The notes under the pieces were generated by a model. That model saw nothing but the letters and a program-made list of their open reading frames with translations, was not told where the DNA came from and made no database searches. 64,000 nt of DNA from Candidatus Bathyarchaeota archaeon (GTDB lineage Archaea > Thermoproteota > Bathyarchaeia > 40CM-2-53-6), in NCBI GenBank assembly GCA_963726255.1, contig CAVSBL010000002.1, positions 928,001 through 992,000 on the forward strand, written 5' to 3'. Made by a program: the position numbers and the translations under genes. Below are positions 49,172 to 57,205 of the stretch, in pieces (the stretch's first letter is position 1; every line of letters starts with the position of its first letter).

Positions 49172-50710
49172 TCATTCCAGGGAACCTATAACTTTCTCCA
49201 CTTCCACAAGGATTTCACATGATTTCACGAGCTCCTTCATCTTGTTGTGATCAGGATAAAGCGGGCGGTCGATTTCAAGATACTCGACGTGTTTACGGAT
49301 TACATTATGAGCAATTTGGGTTCCCTTTCCGAATTCATATGGTGTTTCATATTTTCTGCGCAAGTCAAGGGCTTGAGCAGCAGCCATGAATTCAATTCCC
49401 AAAATGCCATATGCATTGTCTAAAATCTGGAAATTCTTCAGGGCGGTGTTCATGCCCATGGAAACAAAGTCTTCCTGGTCGGCAGCAGCGGGAATTGACT
49501 GCATGGAAGCCGGCATACAAAGGATTCGCTGTTCTACGATCTGCATATCAGCGGTATATTGGCTTAGCATTAGCCCGGAGAACATGCCGGCGCCCTTGAT
49601 CAGGAAGGGCGGAAGCCCCACGCTGAGTGCCGGGTTATTCAGGCGGTTCATGCGGCGTTCAGAAAGTACACTTACCATCGTTACTGCAACACCTATCATA
49701 TCCATAGGCAAAGCAATGGGCGAGCCCTGGAAATTGGCACCTGAAAGCACCAGGTTTTCATCCGGGAAGAAAAGAGGATTATCCCCTACACCATTGAGTT
49801 CAGTCTCTACCTGAGCTCGGGCGAATGCAAGTGCATCATGTGCTGCACCAATCACCTGGGGTGTGGAACGCATCGAATAAGCATCCTGCACCTTCACCTT
49901 CAAACGGCCCTCAGCTAGGTCGCCTCCAGCTGTTACCTTACGGATTGATTTTGCACTGCGGACGCCACCGGGGAACCCGCGAACTCGAAGAATCAATTCA
50001 TGATACGGTTTAAGGTTGGCTTTCAGCGCCTCCAGCGACATGGCGCAGGCTATTTCAGCCTGTTTGAGCCAGTTGTTGGTATCATATATCATCAGGGCCG
50101 ACATGGCGGCAAGCACATTGGAACCATTAATCACAGCCAGACCATCACGCGCTTCCAGTCCGGGAATGGGGATACTTGCACGTTCCATCGCCACATGGCC
50201 TTCCAAAAATTCACCCTTGTAATAGGCATGCCCTTCACCCATCATAAGCAAAGCAATCTGCGCCATAGGTGCTAAATCACCGCAAGCACCTACCGATCCT
50301 TTCGTGCACACGTAAGGCGTAACACCCTTGTTCAACATATCCACCAAAGTCTGGGTAATCGCCAGGCGGCAGCCGGAATTTCCGTGGGCATGCACATTGA
50401 TGCGCCCGAGCATGGCACCACGTACCCAGTCAATGGGCATGGGATCGCCCATACCTGCAGCATGATTGTAAATCAAATATCTCTGAAAATCCTTTACCTG
50501 ATCGTCATTGAGCACGACCTCCGACAATTCACCTATTCCGGTATTAACGCCGTACATGATCTCATGGGCTTCAACTTTCTTCTCAAGCATGGCACGGCAT
50601 GAATTGATCTTTTTAATGGAATCGGCATGCAGTTCCACTTTTTCGCCATGACGTGCAACGCGTACAACATCTTCAACGGTCAATCCTGAACCGCGAATTA
50701 TCAGTGTCAT
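49172..50710 (-). CDS. hutH: Histidine ammonia-lyase family (MIO-dependent) with Ala-Cys-Gly motif
   Basis: YGVNTG, NHAAG, GSVGACGDLAP, QDAYSMR, DNP, ANFQG and QEDFVSM motifs. Confidence 0.88.
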   Translation of the reverse strand: MTLIIRGSGLTVEDVVRVARHGEKVELHADSIKKINSCRAMLEKKVEAHEIMYGVNTGIGELSEVVLNDDQVKDFQRYLIYNHAAGMGDPMPIDWVRGAMLGRINVHAHGNSGCRLAITQTLVDMLNKGVTPYVCTKGSVGACGDLAPMAQIALLMMGEGHAYYKGEFLEGHVAMERASIPIPGLEARDGLAVINGSNVLAAMSALMIYDTNNWLKQAEIACAMSLEALKANLKPYHELILRVRGFPGGVRSAKSIRKVTAGGDLAEGRLKVKVQDAYSMRSTPQVIGAAHDALAFARAQVETELNGVGDNPLFFPDENLVLSGANFQGSPIALPMDMIGVAVTMVSVLSERRMNRLNNPALSVGLPPFLIKGAGMFSGLMLSQYTADMQIVEQRILCMPASMQSIPAAADQEDFVSMGMNTALKNFQILDNAYGILGIEFMAAAQALDLRRKYETPYEFGKGTQIAHNVIRKHVEYLEIDRPLYPDHNKMKELVKSCEILVEVEKVIGSLE

Positions 50711-50874
50711 ATTACATCTCCCGATTTCCTTATTCCCTTCACCATTTGAACAGCACTCATGATTCTCACCTCGTGTATTATGAGTACTTAGGTGCGGGTC
50801 TCGTAGTTTGAACCGTCATTTTAGCATGTGTGGCTCTGGTGATGCGGGCAACCGAATTTGAACTCTGATTGTTG

Positions 50875-51069
50875 TTATGGATGAGGCTGGTGGTGCGCAC
50901 AAGCAAGAAGCTTTGAGATGTGGGTAGTCAGCGCGTATCCGCCTGTTAGAGTACTTTTTGTGAGCTGTGATTTCTGTGGTTTCTTCTCAAGCCAAGTCAG
51001 GAACTGGGACAGAGGCTCAATTCCCTTGTCTATTGATTGCTGCCAGCCTCTCATTTTGAAAGCGGTCAT
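50875..51069 (-). pseudogene. Possible integrase N-terminal (SAM-like) remnant
   Basis: QFLTWLEKK...LTKST...Y...ISKL pattern, immediately 3' of the tRNA on the same strand. Confidence 0.3.
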
Positions 51070-51120
51070 GGTGTGTTAGGTTAACTCATTTCAAGGATGT
51101 TGTGGCCCATTGCATTATCG

Positions 51121-51301
51121 TGGTGGGGCCGGTGGGATTTGAACCCACGACCTCTGGCCCTGAGACTTTTCATTCTTAGGGACGCCAGCGCCCCAGGTTC
51201 ACCGCACGCAACTGCGCTCTGGTATCCTGTTGGCGGAATCGTGTTCCCAGACCAAGCTGTCCAGAGAGTTGCTCTAGCAATCTCTTCTAGACGACGGCCC
51301 C
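51121..51301 (-). tRNA. tRNA-Pro(GGG) with four BHB introns and encoded CCA
   Basis: Exons 51301-51287, 51256-51249, 51228-51219, 51197-51183 and 51151-51121 splice to GGGGCCG UC GUCU AGCUUGGUCUA GGAU A CCAGC CUGGGGC GCUGG CGGUC GUGGG UUCAAAU CCCAC CGGCCCC ACCA (79 nt). Confidence 0.93.
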
Positions 51302-51340
51302 GTCCGTCGCAGAGAGCAATTGAGCGCTCATAAGAACTTT

Positions 51341-52099
51341 TCATAACAAGCCAAGGGTGTCCAAGACGCGTTCCAAATTCTTAACTGAACTCTCTCGTTT
51401 GTATTCGCCTAGGGCTTTCACTATGTTCCCTTTGTTTGGGAAGACTCGTGTTGCTTGAAGCGTTCTCGACAGTCTTCCGAACAGGAAGTATTGTAGGATG
51501 GATGTGACGTTTGCGACGCGCCTTGTCGTGCTTGCACTCTCGAAGTCAACGATGCAGGGTTGGCCGGTGCTGTTGACGAGCACATTCTTGGGAGCATGGC
51601 TCAATTCTCCATGGTCGAGGCCGATCGAGTCAAGCGTGAAGCAACACTTGACGAGGCTTAAGACGAGCTTCTTCACCAATCTTCCCTTGGCGCCTGGGCC
51701 CTCGGCCCATCGGAACAAAGGCATGCCACGGAAGAGTTCCATTGCAAGGAAGTTTTTCGTTGCAGAAATAAAACGCGGTCCAGCGTCGACGCTGTTTGCC
51801 AGCCGCAACAGCCTGGACTCGTCGTTCATCGACGGGCGGTCGGCGTCCAGGCGCCGGATTTTCAAAGCTACCAGTTTCCCGTCAAGACGTGCCTGCGTCA
51901 CGACACCTACGCAGCCCTTTCCAAGAACGGGGACACCGCCAATCCGGGTAACTCCCTCGAAACGAAGAGCAAGAACCCCCATTTGGGAGAGTTCCTCTAT
52001 CCTTCCCTTTGCCGCCTTGGGATCTGTGCCTGGGTAGGTTAGTATGCGCACGTATTGGGGTTCCAGAAGCCCCTGCAGTGGAATTTCATTTTCATGCAA
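51341..52099 (-). CDS. Archaeal Ser/Thr protein kinase (RIO/Bud32-related)
   Basis: LGKG..GVV, VALK, HGELS...KNVLV and IVDFE motifs. Confidence 0.88.
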   Translation of the reverse strand: MHENEIPLQGLLEPQYVRILTYPGTDPKAAKGRIEELSQMGVLALRFEGVTRIGGVPVLGKGCVGVVTQARLDGKLVALKIRRLDADRPSMNDESRLLRLANSVDAGPRFISATKNFLAMELFRGMPLFRWAEGPGAKGRLVKKLVLSLVKCCFTLDSIGLDHGELSHAPKNVLVNSTGQPCIVDFESASTTRRVANVTSILQYFLFGRLSRTLQATRVFPNKGNIVKALGEYKRESSVKNLERVLDTLGLL

Positions 52100-53522
52100 A
52101 CCATACTGGCCTTCCAGAGAGGTAGGTTCTCATGGCCTTCGCAAACTCCTTATTCGAGGCGATAAGCATTCCAACATTTTCGTTTTCAAGAATTCGCATA
52201 TTCTTCCTGAAGGACTTGGCCAGCAAACCAGCAACGCCGACATCTCCTCCTCCAGAATGGAGTGTCAATGTGAGCAAGGTTTTTGCGGAAACAAACCTTC
52301 GCTTCTTTTGTACTACCCATCGAGCGTTGTCAATCCAGGGACCGGAGACTGTGCTCGCGCTCTTCGAATGCTTTGACAGGAATGAAGCACTTTCATTAAA
52401 CTTGGAAACTGGGGGGCCAATATGGTGCCGCGCACCTGGTAACTGTCCTAGCTCCAGTTCGAACAAGATCAGATTTAGTGACTTCTCATCGCTCCACGCC
52501 CACGATCGCACCATTTGGAAGTCATTATTCTTGAGAAGACTAAAGAGCGCTCTCTCCGTGCGGTAGAGCTGACTCCATAGAATGTCGACGACTGCACTTA
52601 TTTTCCCGAGCACTAAGCACAGGATTGTCGACCCACGAGCTAGAACAAGTCTCCGGTACTCGGTCCGGGTAAGCGGTTTAACTTTTGGTTCAGTGAAGAG
52701 GGCAGTGGTTGGTTTTGAGTTGACCTGCCTAGATGCAGCAACAAAATTCCACAGCTGGTCCTGTCGTACTGCGGCGGCCAAGTTACGCCCCTTGTCCACG
52801 GGATCAACGACAATTAACGGTTCCCTAAAGATTCGATGCGCTTCCTCGCGTCTTCCTTCATAGTAGTTTTCGACGTCTATGAAATCGTCCTCTTGCCATT
52901 GCGTGAAATCTCGGATAACCTGCTGGAATTTTCCGCGCGAAACAATGAGCGTTTCGCATAGCATTCCGCTGAAGCCACCAGTTTTGATATCCGCTCCATA
53001 ACTCCCTATGCCCCTCATGAAGGCCTTTAGCAGGCGAACTTCGTCGCGCTGCGCCTCGGTGAGGTGTTGCCGTATGTATTCGGTGTGGTATGGACTCCTG
53101 TCGGTGGCGCTCAACCAGTTGCCCTTCTCTACTTTGTAACAAGGGACAACGTTAACCCGAAGCTCGCGCCGCTCATCTAATTCTACAGTCGATTCTATGT
53201 ACGGATGCTCCGCATACCGTTCGACGATTTTGTGAGGTCGGAGTGCCTTGCGGGCGGGTGGCAGGCACACGTCTCGGAGCTGCGTTTTGCTCAGCTGCGG
53301 AGAGACTCTCATGAAGATGTCGACGTCAGCATAATCCCGTATCCACGTATCCTTCGCAACGGATCCATCCAGGCGGACCTCGGCTTCGAGCCCCGTCTTA
53401 ATGCACTCTTGTTCAACAGCAACCCTAACCTCTTCGGCCCGTGCCTCGACCGCGCTTTTCAATTTTGGCGGCGGGACAATCTTCTTCTTAACAGTCTCAG
53501 AAACTTCTGCGAACTCGTGCAA
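52092..53522 (-). CDS. cca: Class I CCA-adding enzyme
   Basis: GS.AKDTW...DVDIF, YAEHPY, DRSPYH, GFSG and DPVD..RN motifs. Confidence 0.95.
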   Translation of the reverse strand: MHEFAEVSETVKKKIVPPPKLKSAVEARAEEVRVAVEQECIKTGLEAEVRLDGSVAKDTWIRDYADVDIFMRVSPQLSKTQLRDVCLPPARKALRPHKIVERYAEHPYIESTVELDERRELRVNVVPCYKVEKGNWLSATDRSPYHTEYIRQHLTEAQRDEVRLLKAFMRGIGSYGADIKTGGFSGMLCETLIVSRGKFQQVIRDFTQWQEDDFIDVENYYEGRREEAHRIFREPLIVVDPVDKGRNLAAAVRQDQLWNFVAASRQVNSKPTTALFTEPKVKPLTRTEYRRLVLARGSTILCLVLGKISAVVDILWSQLYRTERALFSLLKNNDFQMVRSWAWSDEKSLNLILFELELGQLPGARHHIGPPVSKFNESASFLSKHSKSASTVSGPWIDNARWVVQKKRRFVSAKTLLTLTLHSGGGDVGVAGLLAKSFRKNMRILENENVGMLIASNKEFAKAMRTYLSGRPVWFA

Positions 53523-53540
53523 GGAAGTGCACTTAATCCG

Positions 53541-54113
53541 TCAGGACGATGCGGCTACCTCGTGAATCGTCGTGTATATTGGTCCCCTTGTGGTCAGGGT
53601 GCTCTTTTTCAGACGGACAGCGTTAACGGCCATCTTCCCGAACTCTTCACTTTTCATGCTTTCTACGTACGCTGCCAGTGCATCTCGGTTCACAGGGGAT
53701 CTAACGCGAGCGATGGTCATGTGTGGGCTGAAGCCCTTATCGTCCGGAGGCAGCCCGATTTGCCTAAGCTTTGGTTCTAGTTGCTGGAAAATGTGACTTA
53801 ATTCTTCCCCACCTTGTCTTATTCCCACCCAGACAACGTTGATTCGCCTAGGGTTAGGGAAAACGCCGAGGCCAGTGAACTCGGCTTCGAAGGGCGGAAA
53901 TTGAATGGAATCCATTGCTTCCTTGACTCTCTCCACGGTTGCCATTGGGACCTCCCCAAGAAAGCGAAGCGTCAAATGCATTATTTGCGGCTCCACGATC
54001 TTCAGTTGCGCACGTGTCTGCTCCAACCCCTTCTGAGCCGCGACTAATCGTTCGCGTATCGAGGGCTCATCCAAGTCCACCGCGATGAAGCTCCGTATCC
54101 GTTCTTGTGACAA
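53541..54113 (-). CDS. thpR: RNA 2',3'-cyclic phosphodiesterase (2H family)
   Basis: HLTLRFLG and PHMTIAR motifs. Confidence 0.95.
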   Translation of the reverse strand: MSQERIRSFIAVDLDEPSIRERLVAAQKGLEQTRAQLKIVEPQIMHLTLRFLGEVPMATVERVKEAMDSIQFPPFEAEFTGLGVFPNPRRINVVWVGIRQGGEELSHIFQQLEPKLRQIGLPPDDKGFSPHMTIARVRSPVNRDALAAYVESMKSEEFGKMAVNAVRLKKSTLTTRGPIYTTIHEVAASS

Positions 54114-54204
54114 GCGGTTTCCACCAGCGAAGCCTAATATTGAATGACCTAATTTAACGGTTCACGGGCATCGGGCAGAAGGCCTCGGAGACGTTTGCCG
54201 GCAA

Positions 54205-54756
54205 ATGCAGGTAAGAAGGAAAGTTATCGCGATTTCAGGCATGCCCGGTGCTGGGAAAGGGGTTGCGTCCGAAGCGGCGAAACAACTTGGCTTAGAAGTT
54301 CTCGTGCTCGGCGATGTGATCAGAGAGGAGACACAGCGAAGGGGCCTGGACCCAACACCCCAGAACATGGGTGAAGTTATGTTGAAAGTTAGGAATGAAG
54401 AGGGTCCTGCCGCTGTGGCGAGAAGACTACTCCCGAAGGTTGAAGAACGGCAGTCCAAAGTCGTCGTTGTTGAGGGGGTCAGAGGGCCTGAGGAACTTGC
54501 CGAACTCAAATCAAAATTCGAGGTTGTTACCATCGCGATTCATGCCTCACCAAAGACGCGGTTTCAGCGGCTTCTATCCCGAGGCAGAAGCGACGACCCA
54601 AAGACTTGGGAGACATTCCACGAGCGCGATAATCGGGAACTGAAAGTTGGGCTAGGCCATGTCATCGCGTTAGCGGACGCCATGGTAGTAAATGAAGGCA
54701 CGATTACAGAACTGCAGTCCTCCCTGAAAGGCATCTTAGCCAAGTTGAAAGCTTGA
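54205..54756 (+). CDS. UPF0200 nucleotide kinase-like protein (dephospho-CoA kinase-like)
   Basis: GMPGAGK, GDVIREE and RGRSDD motifs. Confidence 0.85.
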   Translation: MQVRRKVIAISGMPGAGKGVASEAAKQLGLEVLVLGDVIREETQRRGLDPTPQNMGEVMLKVRNEEGPAAVARRLLPKVEERQSKVVVVEGVRGPEELAELKSKFEVVTIAIHASPKTRFQRLLSRGRSDDPKTWETFHERDNRELKVGLGHVIALADAMVVNEGTITELQSSLKGILAKLKA

Positions 54757-55196
54757 TGGACCTAAGTGTCACCGTTGAAACGGTTGTTCGTCCGACCGAG
54801 GACGAAGCGAAGGTGGAACGAGCGTTGCATAACATCTTCCCATCCGAGCGAATTCAGAAAGTAGGAACGAGTGGAGCTGAGGTCGTTCTTAGAATTCATG
54901 GAGGCGAGTTTGACTTCCTGTCCAATCTGCGCAACCTCATAAAGCAGGAAGCAATCCGTAGCGCCGCAAGGTCAATTCTAATGAGTAGGACACGCGGGCA
55001 GCAGATTCTAATTCACCTTAACAAGCAAGCTGCCTTCGCTGGACGGGTTTCATTCTGTGGGCCTGAGGGCGAATCTCCCAATGGACCAATCTCAATTGAA
55101 ATAGAGTCGTCTGCCCCCGAATCCGTAGTCGACTATCTTGCAACGAACCCGTGGCAGGGTTTCAGCCGCGAGGCTGCGGGGCGACGCAGACGGTAG
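54753..55196 (+). CDS. UPF0201 (DUF54) RNA-binding protein
   Basis: PTED..KV..A..NIFP and LNKQAAF.G.VSF motifs. Confidence 0.88.
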   Translation: MMDLSVTVETVVRPTEDEAKVERALHNIFPSERIQKVGTSGAEVVLRIHGGEFDFLSNLRNLIKQEAIRSAARSILMSRTRGQQILIHLNKQAAFAGRVSFCGPEGESPNGPISIEIESSAPESVVDYLATNPWQGFSREAAGRRRR

Positions 55197-56082
55197 CCAT
55201 GTCACTAGGGAGAAACGTGTGGCGGAATATTCTCTTGGCCTGTGCTAAGAGTGGCGCAGGGTCCTCGTACATTGCGCTGATGTGAAATAGTGCTAATTTC
55301 TTGGATTTACTTTTCTTTGCAACCCAGGCGGCCTCGCCCGCGGTTGAGTGACCATACTCCTTCGCCTTTGTTGAAGCAGCTTCCGCGAAACAACTGTCAT
55401 GAATCAAAAGGTCTGATTTGGCTGCCAATTTGACAATTGACTCGCACGGTCGAGTGTCAACCGCGTAAGTGATCTTTACTCCGCGTCTCGCTGGCCCCAC
55501 CACAAGCCCAGCAGAAACTACTTTCTTTCCGACCCTCACAGACTTCGCGGTTTGCAGCCTCTTCCATAGTGGGCCCTCTGGAATGCCTAGCTTCCGGGCT
55601 TTGGAAGGGTCAAACCGTCCTGGTCGCGGTTTTTCCACCAACGCGTAGGATAGGCAGGGCATGCCATGTTCTCCCGGAGCAGCGTGCACCTCGTACTCCT
55701 TGTCATCGACAACCCTGCCATAACGTACTTCCTTGATTCGCATTGGAAATCGTGAGTATAACTTCACGACCCGGTTAACGGACGTCACAAAGTCTTTGAT
55801 GCCTTGCGGGCCGATTATTTCCAGTTCGCTTGTTCTGCCCATGAAGGATAGTGAGTGAAGTAACCCAGGTAGGCCGAACACGTGGTCGCCGTGCATGTGG
55901 CTGATGAAGATGCGCATCTTGCGGTTGGTGCCCGCCCTGGCTTGGAGAAATTGCTTTTGTGTACCCTCTCCACAATCGAAAAGCATCACTTCCGGGCCCC
56001 TCCGTACCAAGACGCTTGGGAGGTTCCGAAACTTGCTTGGGACGCTTCCTCCCGTCCCCAGAAAAGTTACTGATACAGACAT
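55162..56082 (-). CDS. rnz: Ribonuclease Z
   Basis: FLGTGG..P, DCGEGTQ, SHMHGDH, GP flexible arm and HST motifs. Confidence 0.95.
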   Translation of the reverse strand: MSVSVTFLGTGGSVPSKFRNLPSVLVRRGPEVMLFDCGEGTQKQFLQARAGTNRKMRIFISHMHGDHVFGLPGLLHSLSFMGRTSELEIIGPQGIKDFVTSVNRVVKLYSRFPMRIKEVRYGRVVDDKEYEVHAAPGEHGMPCLSYALVEKPRPGRFDPSKARKLGIPEGPLWKRLQTAKSVRVGKKVVSAGLVVGPARRGVKITYAVDTRPCESIVKLAAKSDLLIHDSCFAEAASTKAKEYGHSTAGEAAWVAKKSKSKKLALFHISAMYEDPAPLLAQAKRIFRHTFLPSDMATVCVAPQPRG

Positions 56083-56096
56083 CTTTCCAAGCCATT

Positions 56097-57173
56097 CTAT
56101 GAGTTTTGCAAGACGACGAACTGTCTTGTTAAACTGCGGTGAACCCTTGCAAGATGTTTTTCCTTCAACGCGAAACCCGCATGCTGTGCGTATCCTTCGA
56201 CATCAACCTCGACCGGGGCAGATATGCAGATATGGGCATCTTTCTTCAGCGAACTCTTCGCTCCCTCTATGAATTCATTGACCAGGGTTGTTACCTTTTT
56301 TCCCATCGTGGACGAGCCCCGGCCATACGGTGGGTCCGTCGCAATGGCGTCTAGGTCATGTCCAGGAAGGAATCGTGCATCCGCATTGAGAAAACCTTCC
56401 GCCGCAAGTTCAAAATGTTTCAAGTTTCTGCGAGCGCCCCTGAGCATTCGTAAGTCCGCATCCAGCCCCAGAACCCTGCAGCCTATCACAGCCGCCTCAA
56501 TTACTATACCGCCCACTCCGGAGAATGGGTCTGCAAAAGTTGCGCCGGGAACTGCTCGCGCCAAGTTAACCATGCATCTAGCTATCTTCGGCGGCATTGT
56601 GGAAGGGTGAAAGACAGGGCGCTTGCGGGGCCGCCGAGGCGCGATCAGCCCGGACGGCTTCGAGTAACCTGACACTCCTAGTAGAAACCTGTCCTCGTAA
56701 AGCACGCAAGCAAAGGTCAGGTCAGGGTTCTGAAGCCGCACCTGCATCCTTGGAACCATATCTTTCACCATAGACCCGACCTTACGTTCCAAGTCAACCC
56801 GCCGAATCGATTTGTTTACCCCACCCAACCGTACCGACCGAACGGCAAAGTTTTGGGCATCCCTTGCTACCTGCCCAATCGGTTGACTCCTTACGAAATC
56901 CTCAATCTGCCTCTCGTCAGACGCGCATTCGCCCAAGCTGAGACCACACCAATCGTACATCAGGCTTCTTTCAGAAACTGCCTTGAGGGCGGCGAAAGGA
57001 GCGTTTAGTGTTAGCAGCCTGTAACTCTGAGTTGGTGCGTTGAAATCTACGCCACTCGATTCCAGAATTGCTTCTACTTCTGCTGCGGGCAGTGAGGCAT
57101 GCTCGCCTGAAAGCACGAAAAAGAGTCTGTTGGCTCGAGTTGGTTCTTGGAGCGACTCCGTTAGCGAGGTCAT
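56097..57173 (-). CDS. trm11: tRNA (guanine-10-N2) methyltransferase, THUMP + MTase
   Basis: LSGEH..LP.AE, RP.FHP.....ARCMVNL, DPF.G.GG and TDPPYG motifs. Confidence 0.88.
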   Translation of the reverse strand: MTSLTESLQEPTRANRLFFVLSGEHASLPAAEVEAILESSGVDFNAPTQSYRLLTLNAPFAALKAVSERSLMYDWCGLSLGECASDERQIEDFVRSQPIGQVARDAQNFAVRSVRLGGVNKSIRRVDLERKVGSMVKDMVPRMQVRLQNPDLTFACVLYEDRFLLGVSGYSKPSGLIAPRRPRKRPVFHPSTMPPKIARCMVNLARAVPGATFADPFSGVGGIVIEAAVIGCRVLGLDADLRMLRGARRNLKHFELAAEGFLNADARFLPGHDLDAIATDPPYGRGSSTMGKKVTTLVNEFIEGAKSSLKKDAHICISAPVEVDVEGYAQHAGFALKEKHLARVHRSLTRQFVVLQNS

Positions 57174-57205
57174 CGCAGAACGAGCTAAAGGAACGCGGGT
57201 CTTGG

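Larger units (their letters stand above)
45588..51148. mobile_element. Tandem genomic islands integrated at the tRNA-Pro 3' end (no intact integrase)
   Basis: Direct repeats of the tRNA 3' exon at 45588, 48902 and 51121 bracket the Rsb operon and the hutH segment. Confidence 0.65.

Noticed and set aside
51081-51344. ORFs 51081..51344 (-) and 51097..51333 (+)
   Set aside because: They overlap the intron-containing tRNA-Pro gene and are spurious
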